Source: Candidatus Micrarchaeota archaeon
Lineage (GTDB): Archaea; Micrarchaeota; Micrarchaeia; Norongarragalinales; UBA8480
DNA length: 21,378 bases
Direction: 5' to 3'
Assembly (NCBI GenBank): GCA_043805855.1
Contig: JAZDHP010000019.1
Span: 1-21,378, forward strand
Part shown: positions 15,285 to 21,378 of the stretch, in pieces
Layout of the letters: the number at the start of each line of letters is the position of its first letter
Numbering within the stretch: the stretch's first letter is position 1
Notes under the pieces: generated by a model
Databases searched by the model: none
Seen by the model: the letters and a program-made list of their open reading frames with translations, nothing else
What the model was told of the DNA's origin: nothing
Translations under genes and position numbers: made by a program

Positions 15285-16031
15285 ATGATTCTACGCCCGA
15301 AGAGTTTGAGAGAAATGGAAGCGCAGTTACGGCAGGTTCCGGCGGAGAAGCGGAAAGTTATTGTTTTGGTTGGTCGGCATCCGAATGAAGGTTCAACTAA
15401 CATCGCCGCGCGTCATCATGGCGATTGGGAGAAAGAAGGCGCGGTTGTAATTAGAATTCCTGGTGAATGGACGCCACATTATGCGGCCAAGCGAGCTATT
15501 CAGCTTGGTGTTTTAAAGAAAATTAGGTCGATTGTGCGGGATATTCCAACTGATATTAAAGTTTCTGGTTTTCTTGAAAAAAGGTTCGATGTTCCAGTTG
15601 TTACTTTTCACGGTAGTTGTGCAAGTGAAGTTGGTGAATCGGAGTTTTACCATCAAGCTGCTTATGTTTTGCCAGTTCGTTCACGTATTTTTGAACACCA
15701 ATTTTTTGAAGCAAATGAAGAACTTTCTTCGCGACGTCGATGGCGGCCTAATCAAGTGATTGTTGAATATTATTTCAAGGGAAAACCAAAAGAGACGCCT
15801 GTTGATCTAAAACGCGCGCCTGAACTACGCGCTTCTAAGCGCCAGTTAAGTCCAGATTATTTAAATCGCGCTAGAGTTACTTGCGAAGATCTTGAAGCTT
15901 TTGCTAATGGGCATAACAATAAGATTTTTGAAATAGTGTTAGCGCACTTATCAAAAACGGGATTAAAGCCAAAGTCAGTTAGGCCTAAAGTGCATGATCC
16001 AGTGCCTTGGTTTATAGATTGTGATTCGTAA
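15285..16031 (+). CDS. MILRPK-family protein 3; putative M14/AstE-AspA-like Zn hydrolase fold
   Basis: VIVLVGRHPNEG, VVTFHG, VIVEY, LAHLSKTGLK. Shares a 38-nt identical DNA stretch with the 8290 gene. Confidence 0.6.
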   Translation: MILRPKSLREMEAQLRQVPAEKRKVIVLVGRHPNEGSTNIAARHHGDWEKEGAVVIRIPGEWTPHYAAKRAIQLGVLKKIRSIVRDIPTDIKVSGFLEKRFDVPVVTFHGSCASEVGESEFYHQAAYVLPVRSRIFEHQFFEANEELSSRRRWRPNQVIVEYYFKGKPKETPVDLKRAPELRASKRQLSPDYLNRARVTCEDLEAFANGHNNKIFEIVLAHLSKTGLKPKSVRPKVHDPVPWFIDCDS

Positions 16032-16093
16032 AAGAGCTTGCGCTAAACCTTTAGTTTTTGGTTCCCGTGGTTGGTAAGGCCGCGGTGGGGGCC

Positions 16094-16327
<234 letters not shown>

Positions 16328-16369
16328 TTAAATCACCTAAAAAATTAAATATGTTTTTTGATTGGTCAA

Positions 16370-17179
16370 TTACTTTTTGAACATTGTAGAGATTGACTCA
16401 AATATCTTTCGCACTATTCCTTTTTTAGCCTTTCCAGTTACTTTGCCCGTGATGAGAAACGTCATTGCTTGAGTTATTCCAGCTGTAAAGTCGCTTTTTG
16501 GAAATTTTGTAAACGCTGGCGTCTGCGAAGTTGAAGCTTTTTTGGCGTGTGGGTCAAAGGGAATTGACGCGACGACGCGGCAGCCTAGGAGTTTTTCCAA
16601 TTCCTCGTTGCGTATTTCGGTTTTTTCTCCCATACGCATGTTTGTAATTACGCCGGATAACTTCACGCCGTTGCGTTCCGCGAGCGCTTTTACTTTCAAC
16701 GCGTCTGCGAGGGACGTGGGTTCTGGGTTTAGTACTAGTATAACTTCTTCTGCTGATGTGAGTGCAGCCATTGCGTCTTTTTCCAATCCCGGCGCACAGT
16801 CAATAATTACAAAGTCGTTGCTTTGCTTTAACTCTGTAATCGCGGTTTTGAACTTGTCGAAGTCTAATCGTTTTATTCTTTCTAGCGATAATCCAGCTGG
16901 CACTACTTTTAACCCGCGAGCAATGTCGTAAGTTGCTTCTGCGACTGTGCATTCGCCCATTAGTACGTTGTGAATTGTTATTGGAGAACGTTTTAGCCCG
17001 AGCATTATTCCAGTACTGGCCATTGTCACGTCGCCGTCAACAACAGTTGTTTTCTTTCCACTTGCAGCAAGAGCCAAGCTTAGATTAACTGCGATGCTAG
17101 TTTTGCCAGTTCCGCCTTTACCGCTTGCAATTGCAATAACTCGGCTGTCTCTATTGCTACTGTTATTTATAGTATTCAT
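16370..17179 (-). CDS. minD: MinD/ParA-family ATPase (archaeal MinD)
   Basis: Deviant Walker A SGKGGTGKTS, VVDGD, IIDCAPG, PEPTSLADA, amphipathic C-terminal helix GIVRKIFESISTMF. Confidence 0.88.
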   Translation of the reverse strand: MNTINNSSNRDSRVIAIASGKGGTGKTSIAVNLSLALAASGKKTTVVDGDVTMASTGIMLGLKRSPITIHNVLMGECTVAEATYDIARGLKVVPAGLSLERIKRLDFDKFKTAITELKQSNDFVIIDCAPGLEKDAMAALTSAEEVILVLNPEPTSLADALKVKALAERNGVKLSGVITNMRMGEKTEIRNEELEKLLGCRVVASIPFDPHAKKASTSQTPAFTKFPKSDFTAGITQAMTFLITGKVTGKAKKGIVRKIFESISTMFKK

Positions 17180-17655
17180 TGTGTTTCAGCTAGTGAACTT
17201 AATCCGTATTTGTTTAAAATTTCTTCGCTCGACGCGACAACAGTTTCTTCTTTGCCATTGTTGCTTTCTTTATTACCTTCTCGCGGTTTATTTTCTTTTG
17301 CGTCGCTGTGTTTTTCGCGTTGTTTTACTTCGCTTTCTGGCCGAACTGCTAGCGCGAGTTGCACTTGTTCTTCGCTTAGTTGCACGACGTCGTAAAACCC
17401 AGCTGCGTTTTCGTAGCCAGTTGTCTTGACAAGCGCTTCATCGCCATGGGTGAGTTGTTTTGTTTTAAAACTCTCGTGAAACGCGCCTACGGTTTCTCCT
17501 TTAATCAACGCAACTGTAAAATCGTGAATTCCGTTTTCGTTTTTCACTGTGAAGCTAACGTAGCCAGTGAAAGTTTTTTCCTTTAGTGAGTTAACCACTT
17601 CTAGTGGCTTTTGTTTGAGCTCTTCACTTTTGACAAGTTGTCCACTTGGAAACAT
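17176..17655 (-). CDS. DUF2226-like archaeal protein, coupled to minD
   Basis: MFPSG start, FTGYV, G..VGA, GDEAL, YDVVQLSEEQV.LA, C-terminal EEILNKYGL; ATGA overlap with minD. Confidence 0.6.
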   Translation of the reverse strand: MFPSGQLVKSEELKQKPLEVVNSLKEKTFTGYVSFTVKNENGIHDFTVALIKGETVGAFHESFKTKQLTHGDEALVKTTGYENAAGFYDVVQLSEEQVQLALAVRPESEVKQREKHSDAKENKPREGNKESNNGKEETVVASSEEILNKYGLSSLAETQ

Positions 17656-17676
17656 AGGTTTTTGTTAATGCCTCGT

Positions 17677-18138
17677 TTATTCTTTTGCGTCGATTACAAT
17701 GTCTGCGCTATTTTTCAACGCGGTTGAAAAGTCAGGATTTGTTCCAACGACTATTGTTTCTTTGTTGTGTTCCTTTGCTTTGGCAATTACTGGCCTGAAG
17801 TCGCTGTCGCGCGATACAATTGCAATTATGTCGATGTTCGGGTTGAACATGTACTGCGTTGCGTCTACTGCCATTGCGACATCCACGTCGCTTGGTACAA
17901 TTACTAAGTCGTAGCCTTGGTTTGTAACTGCTTCAATTAGTTTGTCAGACGCGTATTGGTCTAGGAATACTTTTGCAACTTTTATTTTGCCGTACTTTTC
18001 TAGTTTCTTTTTTACTTTCTCTAAATCAATACCAAGTTCTTTGCGTATCATGTTTGGTCCATCGACGAAGCAAGCGATGTTTTTCTCTTTGGCGCTTTTG
18101 CCAATCATTTTTTTCAATTTTTCTGTAAAGTCGTTCAT
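17677..18138 (-). CDS. NYN-domain protein (TIGR00288-like, PIN-like fold)
   Basis: FVDGPNMIR, DVDVAMAVDA, SRDSDFRP, FSTALKNSAD. Confidence 0.9.
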   Translation of the reverse strand: MNDFTEKLKKMIGKSAKEKNIACFVDGPNMIRKELGIDLEKVKKKLEKYGKIKVAKVFLDQYASDKLIEAVTNQGYDLVIVPSDVDVAMAVDATQYMFNPNIDIIAIVSRDSDFRPVIAKAKEHNKETIVVGTNPDFSTALKNSADIVIDAKE

Positions 18139-18147
18139 TTTTTAATT

Positions 18148-18888
18148 TCACCTGAAGAAATTCTCTGCATTTACGGCGATTTGTTCTTCGACGTTTTCAA
18201 TTTTCACTTCGCGTATTTTTGCGATTTCGTTGTAAACTTCAACTACGTTTGCCGGCTCATTGCGCGTAAGCCATAGGTACGGCGAGTCGGTTTCGCACAG
18301 TAAACTTTCTAGTTTAATGTGTTTCATTATGTATTTCCTTTCCTTGCTTTTAACCGTTGGCAACGAGATTAAACCATTCATTTCCACAACGCGCGGCGCT
18401 AGGTTTTTTACAAGGAAACAGTGCATTGTGAAATTGTTAAATTTTGCTTCTTGTAGAATGTCAAGGCACCTTTCCTCAGCTTTTCTCCCATGAATTACAA
18501 CTGGCAAATCTAAAGTGCGTGCGAGTTCAATCTCTTCGCGGTACAGTTTTTCTTGTTTTTGCTGTTCTTCAGTGGTTTTGAAGTAGTGAAAGTCTAGCCC
18601 TATTTCGCCAATTGCCGCAATTTTGCGGTAATTTTTTTCAATTAAGTCAAAAATCTTTTCTTTTTGCTCTTTTGTAACCTTGTTCGCGTCGTGGGGGCTA
18701 ATGCCAATAACTGGGCGCAACATCATAGGATAAGCTGCGCATAGCTTTAACACCAGCTCGTCGTGGCCAAGCATGCCGCTCGCGCAGTACATTTTCTCAA
18801 CCCCAGCTGCCCTTGCCCTTTGTATAACTGCGTCTACGTCGGTTTGAAACGCTTCGTGCGTTAAGTGACAGTGGCTATCTATGAACAT
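18148..18888 (-). CDS. tatD: TatD-family metal-dependent nuclease
   Basis: Likely start 18888 MFIDSHCH. GISPH, AIGEIGLDF, LPVVIH.R.AE, HCF, ETDSPYL, NEPANV. Confidence 0.93.
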   Translation of the reverse strand: MFIDSHCHLTHEAFQTDVDAVIQRARAAGVEKMYCASGMLGHDELVLKLCAAYPMMLRPVIGISPHDANKVTKEQKEKIFDLIEKNYRKIAAIGEIGLDFHYFKTTEEQQKQEKLYREEIELARTLDLPVVIHGRKAEERCLDILQEAKFNNFTMHCFLVKNLAPRVVEMNGLISLPTVKSKERKYIMKHIKLESLLCETDSPYLWLTRNEPANVVEVYNEIAKIREVKIENVEEQIAVNAENFFR

Positions 18889-18983
18889 TGTCGTGCTAAC
18901 CATCGGGGACTGAAAAGTCTTTTTAAGTGTACTGCGTCTAAATTAATAGCTTTTTATGTATTATTTAATGGAGTGATTAGAAG

Positions 18984-19376
18984 ATGTCAGTTGAAAAAAT
19001 TTTTGGTCAAATGGGCGACCTTTCAAAAGGTAAGTACGTTCTCGTCGACGAGCACCCATGTAGGGTTATGTCGATGGACAAGAGCAAACCGGGAAAACAC
19101 GGTGCGGCTAAGGTCAACGTCGTAGCTATTAGTCTTCTCGATGGTTCAAAGCACTCTTTGATGAAGCCAAGCGACGCTGATATAGAAATTCCAATTGTAG
19201 AAAGAAAGAGGGCGCAGGTTGTCAGCGTAACTGGAACAACTTGCCAGTTAATGGACTTAACTTCGTTTGAAACCTTTGAAGCTACAATTCCCGAAGATAT
19301 GAAAAGCGAACTCGAAGCCGGCAAAGACATCCAGTACATGGCGACAATGGGAAGAAAGTTGCTGGGTAAGGATTAA
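18984..19376 (+). CDS. eif5a: Translation factor aIF5A (eIF-5A)
   Basis: SKPGKHGAAK hypusine-site motif, PCRV, QLMDL..FETFE; GAGTGA SD. Confidence 0.96.
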   Translation: MSVEKIFGQMGDLSKGKYVLVDEHPCRVMSMDKSKPGKHGAAKVNVVAISLLDGSKHSLMKPSDADIEIPIVERKRAQVVSVTGTTCQLMDLTSFETFEATIPEDMKSELEAGKDIQYMATMGRKLLGKD

Positions 19377-19438
19377 GTTTAGCTTCTTTTTCAGTTTAAT
19401 TTTTTTATTTATTTTTTATTTACTTGTTTATTTGTCTT

Positions 19439-20095
19439 TTATTCTTTATGCCTTAGTGTTTTGACTATTCGTTTCCAGATTCCGGGTCGCGGTTTCCGCA
19501 GTTCATAAGTTGGCTTGTCGGGAAAAACCGCGTTTGGAATTAGCCTCACTTTGTCGTGGCCGGCTTCTATAAAAGCGTGGTATGCACCGACTGCACAGCC
19601 GCCGGTTAGTGTGCTAGTTATTTGTCGCGGTAGTTTACGTTCATAATTACTTACTGCTTGTGAGTAATTCCTAGGCACTGTTGAATGAATGTTGCCATGT
19701 TCTATTGAAAGTTCTCCCGCGACTAGGATAGTTTTAACTTTTGCACTGCGCAACGCTTTATGAAGTGCTTTCCAGCCTGCGGTTGGTTGCGAGTCTTCAA
19801 GGTCGGTCTTAAGGTGAAATATGTTGGCGCTGGCTATAGCTTGTGCGCTTTGCAAGGCGTTTTCATTATCTTCCATTATAACTAGTGGAACTTTATAGCG
19901 GTGTTTTAGCCTTTGTACCACTTTTCTATATTGATTGAACTGCTTTTGAGTTGTGCCGTACTTTGTGCGTAAGAAGATACCATCAGGCATTTGCCCCGCG
20001 TTGAAAGACGGGTGGACTAGCACAATTACTTTTCCGCCGTGAGCTGTAACTGCTTTTCTAAATGCTCCCTGGTTTGTAAAAAAGTCAAGCGACAT
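19439..20095 (-). CDS. Basic hypothetical protein, possible isochorismatase/cysteine-hydrolase-like fold
   Basis: Likely start ATG 20095 (MSLDFF). KVIVLVHP, LRSAKVKTILVAGE...GGCAVGAY..FIEAG..KVRLIPNA resembles the cysteine-hydrolase C-terminal half. Confidence 0.5.
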   Translation of the reverse strand: MSLDFFTNQGAFRKAVTAHGGKVIVLVHPSFNAGQMPDGIFLRTKYGTTQKQFNQYRKVVQRLKHRYKVPLVIMEDNENALQSAQAIASANIFHLKTDLEDSQPTAGWKALHKALRSAKVKTILVAGELSIEHGNIHSTVPRNYSQAVSNYERKLPRQITSTLTGGCAVGAYHAFIEAGHDKVRLIPNAVFPDKPTYELRKPRPGIWKRIVKTLRHKE

Positions 20096-20148
20096 GAGAC
20101 AAATTAGTGCAAGTAGCTGTTTAATTGTTTTGCCTTTATACAACTAAG

Positions 20149-20490
20149 AAAAAATAGTTTCAGGATCGAAAGTTTCGATCCTGGGATCCATGCTGTGCGT
20201 TGTGGCGCAGGAGTCGGAAATCGGCTTCCGAACCGGCATAGTTAATCTCCTGAACTGCAGTTTGATGCACTCGGCGTTTATTTCAACTTTACAAAGAGCT
20301 CACGGATCCAGTCAAGCTGGGGTGAGATTCGTTAGGGTTGAAATTCTCTTGCGAGATTTGCCAAGTGCTTTTTCAGCCAAAGCAACGACTCAATCGAGAC
20401 CGAAGTCCCAAAAGGAAATTCCATTTTTCAATGGTTAAGCTTCATATAAAGCCGTGCTCTTTTGCAACGCATTTGCACTCGCGAGAGTAG
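20149..20490 (-). ncRNA. Candidate structured non-coding RNA/element of unknown class (~340 nt)
   Basis: Many helices: 20346-20355/20478-20487, 20280-20287/20337-20344, C(UUCG)G hairpin 20396-20409, GAAA hairpin 20421-20434, 11-bp hairpin 20161-20183 followed by U6. BRE-TATA at 20519-20505. Strand uncertain. Confidence 0.5.
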
Positions 20491-20500
20491 ACTACACATA

Positions 20501-20520
20501 GTTAAAATATAAGCTTTTCT
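20501..20520. promoter_or_regulatory. Probable divergent promoter region
   Basis: Minus strand GAAAAG-CTTATATTT (BRE+TATA). Plus strand TTAAAATA lies about 29 nt before the 20531 ATG (leaderless spacing). Confidence 0.5.
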
Positions 20521-20530
20521 TTTTACGTGT

Positions 20531-21172
20531 ATGTTTAAAGATAGGGTTGATGCAGGTAAACAGCTTGCAAAGAAACTTGAAAAGTATAGGCGAAATACAA
20601 TTGTGATGGGTATTCCGCGGGGTGGCTTGCAAGTTGCGTGGGCTGTTGCAAATAAGTTAAATTGTAAATTGGGCTGTGTGTTTAGTAAGAAGATTCCACA
20701 CCCATTTGATAGCGAAGTTGCAATTGGTGCTGTTTCTCTTGGTGGCGTTGTAGTTAATGAAGAGATAGTGACAGGTTCTCTAGTTGACCAGAGCTATGTT
20801 GAGCATAAGAAGAGGGAGCTTTTGCGGGAAATTAAACAGTTAGATTCTTTGTACCACAAGAGTGTTCCGCGGGTTGATTTTAAAGGTAAGGTTGTTTTGC
20901 TTGTTGATGATGGTATTGCAACTGGTGAAACTGTGAAAGCTGCGCTTTTAACTTTAAGGAAACAAGGGGCGGCTAAGGTAATACTCGGCGTTCCAGTTGG
21001 CCCGCAGTTAGTTTTGCAAGAATTGAAAAGAGATTTTGACGAAGTTGTGAGTGTTATTCAAGAAAGCGAGTTCCAGGCGGTTGGGCAGTTTTATAGAAAT
21101 TTTCCAGCTTTATCGCATGGCGAAGCTATAGCAATCCTGGAAAATAATCCGAACGTTTCGCAGGATTGCTAG
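20531..21172 (+). CDS. Type I phosphoribosyltransferase family protein
   Basis: MFKDRVDAGKQLA, GIPRGG, PRPP-binding VLLVDDGIATGET, AVGQFY..F. Confidence 0.92.
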   Translation: MFKDRVDAGKQLAKKLEKYRRNTIVMGIPRGGLQVAWAVANKLNCKLGCVFSKKIPHPFDSEVAIGAVSLGGVVVNEEIVTGSLVDQSYVEHKKRELLREIKQLDSLYHKSVPRVDFKGKVVLLVDDGIATGETVKAALLTLRKQGAAKVILGVPVGPQLVLQELKRDFDEVVSVIQESEFQAVGQFYRNFPALSHGEAIAILENNPNVSQDC

Positions 21173-21227
21173 TTGTAACATGCGTAAAGATTGTCAGACA
21201 ACTTTAGCATGTTGCTATAAGGCGCTT

Positions 21228-21377
21228 TTAGAATCCGAGTTGTTTTAAAACTATTCCAATTACAAATGCGAGTAAAATTAGCAAAATCGTTAAGTTCAAG
21301 TAGTTGATTTGCTTGACGTTGTGCAGTTCTTTTTCTAGATTGTCTAGTTTTTCTTTTTCGTAGTTAGTTTTTGCCAT
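21228..21377 (-). CDS. Small coiled-coil plus single-TM protein (49 aa; may extend beyond the window); not in the ORF track
   Basis: Hand translation MAKTNYEKEKLDNLEKELHNVKQINYLNLTILLILLAFVIGIVLKQLGF*. Confidence 0.6.
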   Translation of the reverse strand: MAKTNYEKEKLDNLEKELHNVKQINYLNLTILLILLAFVIGIVLKQLGF

Positions 21378-21378
21378 T

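Noticed and set aside
7482..16031. MILRPK paralogs as diversity-generating retroelement targets
   Set aside because: No reverse transcriptase in the window and no template/variable repeat pair with adenine-specific differences.
16065..16092. GC-rich imperfect hairpin after the Lsm gene; expected rpl37e neighbour
   Set aside because: Too short and imperfect to call. No L37e ORF fits in the gap before the convergent gene.
20190..20438. 82-aa plus-strand ORF
   Set aside because: No motif or SD; coincides with dense secondary structure that a non-coding element explains better, though coding is not fully excluded.
20149..20500. Identification as RNase P RNA, SRP RNA, or a group I/II intron
   Set aside because: Only fragments resemble them: AAGGAAATTCC, CAACGACT, and GTGCG after a hairpin. 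No P4 partner, no SRP helix-8 loop, no correctly ordered P7 and no proper domain V were found.

Overview
Archaeal chromosome segment, most likely from a small-genome DPANN-type lineage. This is inferred from aCPSF1, Sec61beta, Alba, Lsm, aIF5A, BRE/TATA promoters and tRNAs with bulge-helix-bulge (BHB) introns at non-canonical positions. Housekeeping genes are interleaved with short, very basic, divergent ORFs, including three MILRPK-starting paralogs with an M14-like Zn motif and two paralogs built of FxGxxSW repeats. The most notable region is 13.3-15.2 kb. It holds a tRNA-Val(GAC) split by three introns (15/16, 22/23, 59/60) with a 6-nt micro-exon, a free-standing LAGLIDADG endonuclease gene, and a tRNA-Ala(GGC) whose 59/60 intron is near-identical to the Val 59/60 intron. 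A third copy of the intron hairpin lies outside any tRNA, and a vapBC pair follows. A second highlight is an unassigned ~340-nt highly structured intergenic element (20150-20490) with a candidate promoter and terminator. All calls come from reading motifs by eye; no searches were run.
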